Below, in pieces: positions 13,443 through 22,055 of a stretch of DNA of 64,000 bases (position 1 is its first letter; the number at the start of each line of letters is the position of its first letter). The notes beneath the pieces were generated by a model. The model was not told where the DNA came from. It was given only the letters and a program-made list of their open reading frames with translations, and made no database searches. The stretch lies in IMG/VR virus record IMGVR_UViG_3300031857_000007; one strand, 5' to 3'. The position numbers and the translations under genes are program-made. The DNA comes from a virus (lineage: Duplodnaviria > Caudoviricetes).

Positions 13443-14195
13443 TTAGAATGGTGGATATGTTGGAGAATTTCCTGTTGTTATTCCAGACATAGCAACAAGA
13501 ACCTCAGATTTAACTCTGATATTACCTTCAGAATCTCTATATGTAGTAACTCCAACCCAACCTGCATGAGTTAGTTTGAAACTAGTTGCGCGAGCAGCTT
13601 CTACTCCAGCGTCTTCAATACCAATAACAGAAGTTTCATGACCACCCGTTACTCTAGAGAAAGTAACTGTTGCGCCGGTTGCAATTCCCGAAGCAATGGT
13701 GGAAGCAAGAGAAACGCTAGTTGCTCCAACAGTTGTTACAACTTTAGAGATTGCGCCACTAGTAAAGGTGTCTCCTGCAAGTACTCCAGTCAAAGAGTTT
13801 ACAAAAACAACGTTAGTTCCAATTCCAGCATTTGTTGTAGCAGCAGAAACAAGAACTGTAATTGTTTCTGTAGAAGATCCAGTAGACTGATTTAAGTGAC
13901 TATCAAGAACTGCAAATTTTGGAGATTCGCTGATTTCAAACTGAACTCCAGATATCGCATCTCCACTCAACCCGGCAGTTGATGCGATTGAGAGTACGGT
14001 TGTACTTGCAATTCCAACGATTACAGCATCGCCATAATTAACACCAAAAGCAGTGCCAAATCTAATCACATCTCCAGTTGCAGCAGCACCTACCTGCCCA
14101 AAAGTTGTTCCACTACCAGTTACAGTAAGGGTTGCATAATCAAGAGATACTGTTCCACCAGAACCTTTAGCATCATTATTTCCCCAGAGTGCCAT
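13443..14195 (-). CDS. putative virion structural protein (Gly/Thr/Ser rich)
   Basis: MALWG start, THAGWV motif, late promoter upstream. Confidence 0.7.
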   Translation of the reverse strand: MALWGNNDAKGSGGTVSLDYATLTVTGSGTTFGQVGAAATGDVIRFGTAFGVNYGDAVIVGIASTTVLSIASTAGLSGDAISGVQFEISESPKFAVLDSHLNQSTGSSTETITVLVSAATTNAGIGTNVVFVNSLTGVLAGDTFTSGAISKVVTTVGATSVSLASTIASGIATGATVTFSRVTGGHETSVIGIEDAGVEAARATSFKLTHAGWVGVTTYRDSEGNIRVKSEVLVAMSGITTGNSPTYPPF

Positions 14196-14229
14196 GTTCT
14201 TTCTTCCGTAAAAGTTATTTGCTATAAGA

Positions 14230-14237
14230 TATTTATA
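14230..14237 (-). promoter_or_regulatory. T4-type late promoter TATAAATA
   Basis: Exact consensus ~35 nt upstream of ATG. Confidence 0.75.
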
Positions 14238-14250
14238 AAAAAGGGAGACG

Positions 14251-14415
14251 TTACTTTTGGTCTCCCTTGCGTAAAACTACTTTTAAAAAGTGAGTTATTA
14301 AATCGAGTAATCCATTTTCTTCAAATCTTTTTGTTTTTGCTAACCACTCAGAAGCAGTTAGCAGAAGACCTAGGACTATGGTTACTCCCCAGTTAGTTAC
14401 AAAACATGTAATCAT
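14251..14415 (-). CDS. 54-aa membrane protein (MITCFVTNWGVTIVLGLLLTASEWLAK...)
   Basis: Hand translation; ATGA overlap. Confidence 0.6.
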   Translation of the reverse strand: MITCFVTNWGVTIVLGLLLTASEWLAKTKRFEENGLLDLITHFLKVVLRKGDQK

Positions 14416-14585
14416 GCTTGTGGTGTAAAGAGTTTATCTTTTACCAGGTCATAAACTACATTATCAATACTATTATCTGTACTATCAACATACTTTTTAA
14501 GTAGGTCGAGAACAAGATTTTTAACTGCTGGATGTGTTGCAATTTGAATTAGAAGTGGTTTTACCACTGCTACTACTGCGCCCAT
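14412..14585 (-). CDS. small hypothetical protein
   Basis: GGAGG SD before MGAVV. Confidence 0.7.
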   Translation of the reverse strand: MGAVVAVVKPLLIQIATHPAVKNLVLDLLKKYVDSTDNSIDNVVYDLVKDKLFTPQA

Positions 14586-14625
14586 GATTACCTCCATAAG
14601 AAGAGTATCCTGGGCTATTTAGCAA

Positions 14626-16110
14626 TCAATCTCTTGCAGAATAATAAGGTTCTCTTGCTTTGGTTTCTTGTTTTTCTTTTGAAGTTAGTCCATGCTTCAT
14701 AACTCTAGAAACTTGTTGTTTTGCTCTTCTGTTACGAGTTTCTGATTCAGTTTCCTTAGCACCCTTCACCTTAGGTTCTTGACGAGAACCAGGATAATTT
14801 TTTTTATGTTCTTTCTCTGCTTTATGTTGTAGGTCGGTGATACCAGCTTTAAGTCTAGTTTCTTTACCCTTTTGGGCAGCAGCAAAAGACTTCTGTGCAG
14901 ATACAGATCTTTCTTGCTTGTTCTGCGATAAAACAACTCCTCTCTTAGCAGCAGCTGTTGCTTCTGTTACTGGGTTTTGGTCCGTCTCAGAATTTTTCTT
15001 CTTTGCTAAAGATTGTTTTCTCAACTGAGCTATTTGCATATCCAATTGAGTTTTTTGTCTCTGCTTTTGAAGTTCTTGAGGACTGAGCGAAATTTGATCG
15101 GTTACACCTTCAGCAACTTCCTTTGCTCTAGCAGTTGCAGTTGCATACATTACATCCTTTGCTCTACCTCCATAACGAGATTTAAATCCAGATAGATTTT
15201 TCTTCATAGATTTAACAATCTCTTCTCTTTTCTTTTTTTCTGCGGCAGTCAAAGTTTTTTCATCCAATTCTTCAATTTCTTTAAATTCTAACAAATTTCC
15301 ACCATTCTCCTCAACAAAAGAATTGAGTTGCTCACTATTTAAGGTTGGATTAATTTTTATAGTATTGGAAACTTCTTTTTCTTTTATCATTACATCATCA
15401 CTTTTCTTTGTACTAGTATTTTTAGATTTTTCTAGTACTTCAATCAAATCCATTCTCCAATTAGAGAAACCTTCTTTTACTGAAGATTTTTTACTAATTG
15501 CTGCACCACGAACTTTTCTGCGGTTTAAAAGATACTTATCGGTCTTATCATGATCACCATCATTGTCAATGTCCTTATCTTCTTTACCAACAGGATCAAG
15601 TCCTTTGCCAGATTTTGTTTTCTTTGTATATTCTCCTCTCTCAGATTCACCCTCATATGGTTTCCCATACTGAGTCATTTCCACAGAAGAAATATTTGGA
15701 TTAGATCTCAACTGATTAATTTTCTCTCTTGTTGCATATCTAACATATGTTTTTCCACTACTCTTGTCAGTTACCCTAACTTTAAATTTTTGGTCGCCAG
15801 ACTCTTCTTTAACTGAAACAGCGCCTGAAGAAGAAATTCCAAGTTTTTCTTTAACTGCATTCTTTTCTGGTCCAGGCATACTAGTATTTCCCATATACTG
15901 AGTATATGCTTGATCTACCTTTAGACCTTCTCTTCTAGCTCTATATCGAATATCATACACAGCCTGCCTTACTCTTTTGGCAGAGGATTCTTCATCGTCC
16001 TTTCCCTTTTCTACCTTAGGAGCAGAAGACGAATTATTTTTTCCTAGTTGTGGTTTTAACACCTCAGTCGCATATACTAGAGAGATGTCGTTAAGAGGAT
16101 TTAAAGACAT
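14626..16110 (-). CDS. large Lys/Glu-rich hypothetical protein with DxDxDGD loop
   Basis: 494-aa ORF; DKDIDNDGDHDKTD. Confidence 0.8.
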   Translation of the reverse strand: MSLNPLNDISLVYATEVLKPQLGKNNSSSAPKVEKGKDDEESSAKRVRQAVYDIRYRARREGLKVDQAYTQYMGNTSMPGPEKNAVKEKLGISSSGAVSVKEESGDQKFKVRVTDKSSGKTYVRYATREKINQLRSNPNISSVEMTQYGKPYEGESERGEYTKKTKSGKGLDPVGKEDKDIDNDGDHDKTDKYLLNRRKVRGAAISKKSSVKEGFSNWRMDLIEVLEKSKNTSTKKSDDVMIKEKEVSNTIKINPTLNSEQLNSFVEENGGNLLEFKEIEELDEKTLTAAEKKKREEIVKSMKKNLSGFKSRYGGRAKDVMYATATARAKEVAEGVTDQISLSPQELQKQRQKTQLDMQIAQLRKQSLAKKKNSETDQNPVTEATAAAKRGVVLSQNKQERSVSAQKSFAAAQKGKETRLKAGITDLQHKAEKEHKKNYPGSRQEPKVKGAKETESETRNRRAKQQVSRVMKHGLTSKEKQETKAREPYYSARD

Positions 16111-16119
16111 TTTACAATT

Positions 16120-17352
16120 TTACTTTTTTACTTTATTAGTATTTATGAAATCAAGAAACGCTCTGCCTCCTGATTGCAAATTTTGTTTTCCCAAAGAAGA
16201 TCCCTTTGCTTGTTTTGAGGCATATTTTAAATACCCACCAGTTCCAATAAGAGTATTTGGTTTTCCTGGTTCTCTATAAATTCTATCAACATTCTTTTCA
16301 GAATATTCCATCACATCCTTAATCCACGACTTAAACATAACATTATCTTCAGTTACACATATAAGGTAATTAGTTCCTCTTCTAATTATTCTACCAACAA
16401 GACCGGTATTTAAATTTTCTACAAACTGACCAACATTAAAAATGTTGTTGGATATATAATTTTCTCTTAGAGTTGTCCAATCAAACTTAGGAGCAATTTG
16501 CCAAAGTCTCCAACCTTCAGAAATCTTCATAGATTTTCTAAGTGTATTGTAAAGTTGCTTGGCGTCTTTATCATCAAAAGTTTTTGGAACTCCAGATCTA
16601 AATGTTGCAAAATCACCCTCTGCTGCTGCCTTTCTAAGTTTAGATGCAGACATTCCCTCTACGCCTTCAGCATCAGGATCTCTAGCTCCAGCAGAAACAA
16701 CATTTATCTCACCAAAATCATACAACTTTCCATTATATTGATTTGCTAATTTATCAAATTCTGCTTGACGATCAGATCCAACAACAATATTAACTGAAGA
16801 ATATCCATCAGCATGAGCTTGCTTTAGCACATCAAATATAGTTTTTGAATTTGAATCATTAACAATTCTTTCTCCATGCTTTGGATACATTTTACGCATG
16901 ATTGAAATTTTAGTATCCGGATCCAATGGATTCTTTTTGGCGTCATTAGATCTAGATGGGTAAATTTTGTATTCCCCTTTATCGGCTACTTTTTCTACTG
17001 CGTCTAAAAGTTTTTCGTGCCCAATAGTAGGAGGATTAAAACGACCAAATGCTATAGTTAAAACTCCCTTATCTTTCTTTGGAGGTTCCTCTGTTGGTAC
17101 TTCTTGTGGTTGCTGTACTTGTGTTGCTGCAACTTGTTGATTTGCTTGAGTTCTTATCTGAGGTCCGTCTTTTTGCCCTATTCTCTGGTCTTTATTATAA
17201 AATTTTAATTTACCACCCTCAGTCTTAGCGACAAATTCTCCATTTTTATCATACCAACCACCATGACCATCTCCGGTTAATCCAAGACGAGTCGCTTGCA
17301 TAACAGCAAGAGATTTACTTGCTTCAGATAAAAATCGTGAAAAACTTTTCAT
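16120..17352 (-). CDS. cytidylyltransferase-family (HxGH) nucleotidyltransferase
   Basis: FGRFNPPTIGHEKL, VGSDR, MSASKLR motifs. Confidence 0.85.
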   Translation of the reverse strand: MKSFSRFLSEASKSLAVMQATRLGLTGDGHGGWYDKNGEFVAKTEGGKLKFYNKDQRIGQKDGPQIRTQANQQVAATQVQQPQEVPTEEPPKKDKGVLTIAFGRFNPPTIGHEKLLDAVEKVADKGEYKIYPSRSNDAKKNPLDPDTKISIMRKMYPKHGERIVNDSNSKTIFDVLKQAHADGYSSVNIVVGSDRQAEFDKLANQYNGKLYDFGEINVVSAGARDPDAEGVEGMSASKLRKAAAEGDFATFRSGVPKTFDDKDAKQLYNTLRKSMKISEGWRLWQIAPKFDWTTLRENYISNNIFNVGQFVENLNTGLVGRIIRRGTNYLICVTEDNVMFKSWIKDVMEYSEKNVDRIYREPGKPNTLIGTGGYLKYASKQAKGSSLGKQNLQSGGRAFLDFINTNKVKK

Positions 17353-17378
17353 ATTTTATGTTGATATAATTATATTTA

Positions 17379-19049
17379 TTATTTCCAGCGATCTGGTCCA
17401 AAAGTTTTTTTCGCTGCTTCTTTTTTATAAAGATTTGCAAAACTATTCTGCTTAACTGACATAAAAACTTGAAATTGAGGTTCTCCAGTAAGTGCTCCCT
17501 TATATCTAACTTCAAGCATAACAACACTTATGGGAGATCCCGGTTTCCCTATCAACATTTCATAGAATAATTTAGCAGCAGTTGCAGCAGGTTCAAATGC
17601 ATGAAATTTATCAGTTTGCTTTACAATTCTATATTCGGTTGCATCTGGATCAGAAAAAATCTTTCTAAAAATTTCTGATGTGAGTCTTCCTTCTTTTTCT
17701 AATGGCGGTTTAACTTCAAATATTTTTCCATTTTTGTAATCGCCTTCACCAGTTATTAGACTGAAATGAAATGCAGTATCTGATAGATATGTGTCTAGGT
17801 TTATTTTAAAAATAGTATCTAAAAAATCTGCGAAGAATTCTTTATTATTGTCAAAGTTTTTAATAAAGACTCTATCCATTTCTTCAAAATAAATGTTAGG
17901 GTTAGATATATATTTTCCTTGACCCCTTAACATTTCACTCTTTTCTTTTTGATCCGTAAATTCAGTATTACATGCTTTCAAAACTTCTTTTATTGGCATC
18001 TTAACAATATCTTTTCCTTTATATGAAGTATTGCCAACTTTAACTTTCAAAGCACCTCTAAAAAAATTTAATTTGGCATCTTCTATTTTTTTATGTTCGG
18101 ATTGTGGAATACTTTTTGTCAGAAATCCTTTAGCGCCATAAGCTGGTTTATTCAATAGAGTTGGTTCTGGTTCACCAATACCTCTTTTTTTCAAACTCAA
18201 TCCCCAATAATGAGTCGCTTCATTTTTTCCTTTAGTTTGAAATTTAACTATAATATCAGAAGAATTATAGTTTTGAATTGTTTTTGGTCCAACACTGAAT
18301 TTTTTAATTTCTTGAGCCCATTTAGTTCCTGTTTGCCAGACCTCTTTGACTTCAGCATTTCCAATTTGTTCTATGACATAGTTTGAAACTGATACAGCCT
18401 TTGCAAGATTAACTAAATCTGGTTCAGTTTTATCAGAATCAGTATAAAAACCATTCAATCCTGCAGCACCTACTATTTTGTTTGCAGATTTATATAAATT
18501 GTTTACTATTTCAGTGTATTCTTCTACGGCATTTTTTTTAGTATTAATTGTAGTATAGTCAACATTTATCTTTTCTCTTATCAAAATAGCCGTCATCAAT
18601 TCGTGAGGATCTTCTCTAGATCCACCAGATCCATTTGACATTCCCTTTGATTGAAGAAGAATTGTTATTGCTGCTCTATTCTTTCCTTCTTCTGTTGCCT
18701 TTATAATGTAAGATTTAATTCCTGTCCCAGCAACAACTTCTTCAGTATATGAAAATGTATATGCAACTTTTGGTGGTATCAATTCTATAATTTTTTCTTC
18801 TAATTCAGATTGCCTATTTTCTATATGAGATTTAAATTTACCTCTCAACCAGTCTCTTTCTTTTTTAGATCTAATTCTTGGTCTAAGAATTACAGTAGTC
18901 TGACTTTTTGCGAAAAGCATGTCTTTGGAATTATCATTCCAGTCATCAATTTCCCTATCCCCTCCCCTAACAGATATTGATGAGAAAAAATTCCCAAGGT
19001 CACCAAAGACTTGGGAGGAATTTTTAATAATTATTTCTGCGGCAGACAT
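17379..19049 (-). CDS. 556-aa hypothetical protein, possible PD-(D/E)xK-like nuclease
   Basis: DPHE upstream, SSDIIVK...WGLSLKK motif. Confidence 0.6.
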   Translation of the reverse strand: MSAAEIIIKNSSQVFGDLGNFFSSISVRGGDREIDDWNDNSKDMLFAKSQTTVILRPRIRSKKERDWLRGKFKSHIENRQSELEEKIIELIPPKVAYTFSYTEEVVAGTGIKSYIIKATEEGKNRAAITILLQSKGMSNGSGGSREDPHELMTAILIREKINVDYTTINTKKNAVEEYTEIVNNLYKSANKIVGAAGLNGFYTDSDKTEPDLVNLAKAVSVSNYVIEQIGNAEVKEVWQTGTKWAQEIKKFSVGPKTIQNYNSSDIIVKFQTKGKNEATHYWGLSLKKRGIGEPEPTLLNKPAYGAKGFLTKSIPQSEHKKIEDAKLNFFRGALKVKVGNTSYKGKDIVKMPIKEVLKACNTEFTDQKEKSEMLRGQGKYISNPNIYFEEMDRVFIKNFDNNKEFFADFLDTIFKINLDTYLSDTAFHFSLITGEGDYKNGKIFEVKPPLEKEGRLTSEIFRKIFSDPDATEYRIVKQTDKFHAFEPAATAAKLFYEMLIGKPGSPISVVMLEVRYKGALTGEPQFQVFMSVKQNSFANLYKKEAAKKTFGPDRWK

Positions 19050-19078
19050 TTATTATTACTTTTTCAAGTATTTAGAAA

Positions 19079-19151
19079 TGGAGAATAGGGGACTCGAACC
19101 CCTCACCCCCGCCGTGCAAAAGCGGTGCTCTACCAAATGAGCTAATTCCCC
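19079..19151 (-). tRNA. trnA(UGC): tRNA-Ala(UGC), solitary
   Basis: TTTGCAC loop, GGGGAAT/ATTCTCC acceptor with G3-U70, A73. Confidence 0.93.
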
Positions 19152-19161
19152 AAGTTCAGAT

Positions 19162-19198
19162 ATTATAAACCCCCTTAACTAAAAAGTCAAGGGGGTTA
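19162..19198 (-). promoter_or_regulatory. sigma70-type promoter TTGACT-N17-TATAAT embedded in a hairpin
   Basis: aaccccc-ttgact-tttt-agttaa-gggggtt-tataat. Confidence 0.8.
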
Positions 19199-19220
19199 AA
19201 ACAACCTTCTGATTTATTTA

Positions 19221-20717
19221 TCAGAGACCCTTAGCATGTCTAGTTTTACCACTCTCATCAGTCCAGGTTTCCCTTTCTTTTCTTGGAGTGACATAACCTA
19301 CACCAGGAACAGCACCAGTCTTACCTTGTGCTCTTGCCTCATTTCTTGCTGCTGCTCTTTGTGCTGCTCTCTTACGATTCTTCTCATAATTTGTCATTGC
19401 TTCATCAAGCCATGCCTCAAATGATTCCTTAGCAATCTCACCCATTGCCTTTTGCTTACGAAGTTTCTTAGGATTCTTGGTTACTGAACCCTCTCCATAT
19501 TTGGTTTCTAAATCAAAAGCACGCTCAGACCTTCTTTCTGTTCTCTCATCGGCGTCCATCTTACCTCTAGTACTAAAAGGTCTAGAAGATTTCTTGCCTC
19601 CAGAAAGACCTCTAGAAAGCATATCCTGTCTTTTCGTTTGCTTTTCTGCTGCCTTTACTTTTCTAGTTTTTTCACCCTTTTGTGAATACTCACTTGCAGG
19701 TTTGTTTCTTCTATCATTAGCCAATTTACCCATTGCTTCTTTTGCTTTGGGGGTTTGGCCATAAGAACCTTCTGCTTCATCTAAATAGATATCAAGCATT
19801 TCATCCCAAGTATAATCGGAAAGATCATATCCCTCATCCACAAGTTCATTTACCCAAAGTTCAAATTCTTCCTTAGCAAATTCGCCCATTGCTTTTTGCT
19901 TACGGAGTTTCTTAGCACTCTTGGTTACGCCACCAGGACCCTGTGAAGGATAATCGTGATCTTGACGAGTACCTACACCATGAGCAGAACCTGCTCTTGC
20001 TCTTTCTCTATCATCAGAAGTTAGTCCCTTTCTTGGAGAATCATAAGAAGAAGTTCTATTTGCAGGATTAGTTCTTCTTAGCATCTTCTTGAGGAAAGGC
20101 TTTCTCTTTGCAGACATTTTAGTTTGTTTTGCTGCACTATATGCCTTTGGTGTTGCACCATATGAACCCTCTGCTTCATCAAGTTCAAACTCTTCACCAA
20201 GAATAATATTAATTGCTTCTTCATCAATCAGGTTAGCCATCATCCACTCTGCTTCTTCTAGAGTTTCTGCATATCCTTCAACATAAAGAAACTCAAGAAC
20301 TGTCTCAAAGATATCAAACTCTTCTCTATTAAGTTGCTTTTTCTCAGCAGGAGTCAGAGCACCTCTTTGCGCTCCTCTTGCTGCTTGCTTTTCTTTTACT
20401 GCAGGATCGTTTGACTTATGTGCATATCCATGAAGACCAGGAGATGATGAAGTTGTCTTACGGAAATCACCTCTTTGCTTTCTAGCAAGGTCTTGTCTTG
20501 CCTTTGCTTTCTTAGCATCACCGAATGTTGATTTCTTTTCAAGTGCAGATGCTCTATCAGCAGCCTCACCACCACCAGTTGACTTAGCAATCTTGTTACG
20601 AATTGCAGTCTCATCATAACCACGCTTCGCCATTGCTGTTGCTTCATCAATATCTTCTTGGGAAGCATACACTTCTGAATATGCTTCGATCAATCCGAGT
20701 AGTTCTTTAGGATCCAT
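19221..20717 (-). CDS. 498-aa modular, internally repeated hypothetical (late) protein
   Basis: TATAAATA at 20740-20747; repeats DEAEGSYG.TPKA and VTK..KKLRKQKAMGE.AKE. Confidence 0.8.
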   Translation of the reverse strand: MDPKELLGLIEAYSEVYASQEDIDEATAMAKRGYDETAIRNKIAKSTGGGEAADRASALEKKSTFGDAKKAKARQDLARKQRGDFRKTTSSSPGLHGYAHKSNDPAVKEKQAARGAQRGALTPAEKKQLNREEFDIFETVLEFLYVEGYAETLEEAEWMMANLIDEEAINIILGEEFELDEAEGSYGATPKAYSAAKQTKMSAKRKPFLKKMLRRTNPANRTSSYDSPRKGLTSDDRERARAGSAHGVGTRQDHDYPSQGPGGVTKSAKKLRKQKAMGEFAKEEFELWVNELVDEGYDLSDYTWDEMLDIYLDEAEGSYGQTPKAKEAMGKLANDRRNKPASEYSQKGEKTRKVKAAEKQTKRQDMLSRGLSGGKKSSRPFSTRGKMDADERTERRSERAFDLETKYGEGSVTKNPKKLRKQKAMGEIAKESFEAWLDEAMTNYEKNRKRAAQRAAARNEARAQGKTGAVPGVGYVTPRKERETWTDESGKTRHAKGL

Positions 20718-20780
20718 TTTTTACAAATACTTTTTTAGTTATTTATAAAAATAGTCAAAAAGACTTCAAGCATGGTTTAA

Positions 20781-20963
20781 TCAAAGAGTGTGCTTTTCAA
20801 TCTCCTTGTCAAGTTGCACGATTACAGATCGAATATCAGCAACACGAGGGGGAATACTAACTTCATCATAAGTATATCCTTTCTGAGCATCAAATAAGAC
20901 TTGACGAACTGCCGCAGCAGTCCGAACATCGATTGAAATAGTTACGCTAGTTTCTTTAGTCAT
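20781..20963 (-). CDS. hypothetical protein
   Basis: 60-aa ORF coupled to mazG. Confidence 0.7.
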   Translation of the reverse strand: MTKETSVTISIDVRTAAAVRQVLFDAQKGYTYDEVSIPPRVADIRSVIVQLDKEIEKHTL

Positions 20964-21379
20964 AGATCTCCCTCCACACGATTTTCAGAACGATAAACAT
21001 CAAAAGCACCTTCAGGATAACGAGCACTCAGTTTTTCAAAATTCATTTGAAGAATTTCTTCAAAATTAGTATCAAGCGCCATAAATGCCTGAGACAGATA
21101 CCAACAAATATCACCAAGTTCTCGCTTAAGATGAAATGTTGCTTCCTGGTTATATGGTTTACCTTGAAGGAACACTTTTTTCACAACTTCAGTAAATTCA
21201 CCAGCTTCGGCACTAATACCAAGAGCAGCGGTCAAAAGACGAGGAACATCTACATCATTTTCGACTTCAAGTTCAGTAAAACGAGCAAGAAGATCTGCAT
21301 AGTTAGTACTTGCGGCACTTGTGGTTTGGCGGACAAATTCAATATATTTGTTTGTATCAATAACTTTATTTTCTGTCAT
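20960..21379 (-). CDS. mazG: MazG-like nucleotide pyrophosphohydrolase
   Basis: EAGEFTEVVKK...ELGDICWY...NFEKLSARYP. Confidence 0.9.
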   Translation of the reverse strand: MTENKVIDTNKYIEFVRQTTSAASTNYADLLARFTELEVENDVDVPRLLTAALGISAEAGEFTEVVKKVFLQGKPYNQEATFHLKRELGDICWYLSQAFMALDTNFEEILQMNFEKLSARYPEGAFDVYRSENRVEGDL

Positions 21380-21423
21380 AGTAGATTTTCTATTTTAATA
21401 AAAGTGAATCATTTTTGTAATCC

Positions 21424-21452
21424 CCATTTTAGTATAGGAGGATTTAAGTCAA
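21424..21452 (-). promoter_or_regulatory. sigma70-type promoter TTGACA-N17-TATACT
   Basis: ttgaca attgacttaaatcctcc tatact. Confidence 0.65.
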
Positions 21453-21455
21453 TTG

Positions 21456-22055
21456 TCAATGTATGGAAAAGGTAAAAATACAGGTAAACCTCATGATTCC
21501 AGGAGGTGGCCATTTTATTGTGTGATAGTACTTCCCATTGAAACAAATTATTTTTCCTTTTTGTGCGGATATTTCATGTTTTATCGTGAACCTTTCAGAG
21601 ATTTCATATGCAGTTTTTTCACCGTCATACTGCTGATCAAATATAATTGTAGATCCATTGTATTTTGATACTTGAGGTATATCATTAAGATACATTATTA
21701 AGTTCATGTGTTCATATTCATGATCAACATGAGGATCTCCCATTACAGAAAGATCATGATTTGTTGTTAAATTTATTGACGATCTATAAATTTGATCTAC
21801 TTTTAAATTATGCTTATTGCAAAATTGAAGAAAAATTGCATAAAATGGATAAAAGTAGTTTGAATTTATACTTGGATCTTCTGTTTTTGGATTATACCTA
21901 GGAATTAGAGTATGTCCCAAAAATGGATATTTTTCTAATGCTGAAGATTGATTTATATACCAAGGAAAATTTTCATTACTAATAATATTATCAAGTTCTT
22001 CTTGATTGGAAGGACCAATAAAATTTTCATCAATAATAATATCAAAATTATTCAT
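21456..22055 (-). CDS. 2OG-Fe(II) oxygenase superfamily protein
   Basis: HxD (PHVD), IMYLND, FNGKYYH, distal R. Confidence 0.85.
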   Translation of the reverse strand: MNNFDIIIDENFIGPSNQEELDNIISNENFPWYINQSSALEKYPFLGHTLIPRYNPKTEDPSINSNYFYPFYAIFLQFCNKHNLKVDQIYRSSINLTTNHDLSVMGDPHVDHEYEHMNLIMYLNDIPQVSKYNGSTIIFDQQYDGEKTAYEISERFTIKHEISAQKGKIICFNGKYYHTIKWPPPGIMRFTCIFTFSIH

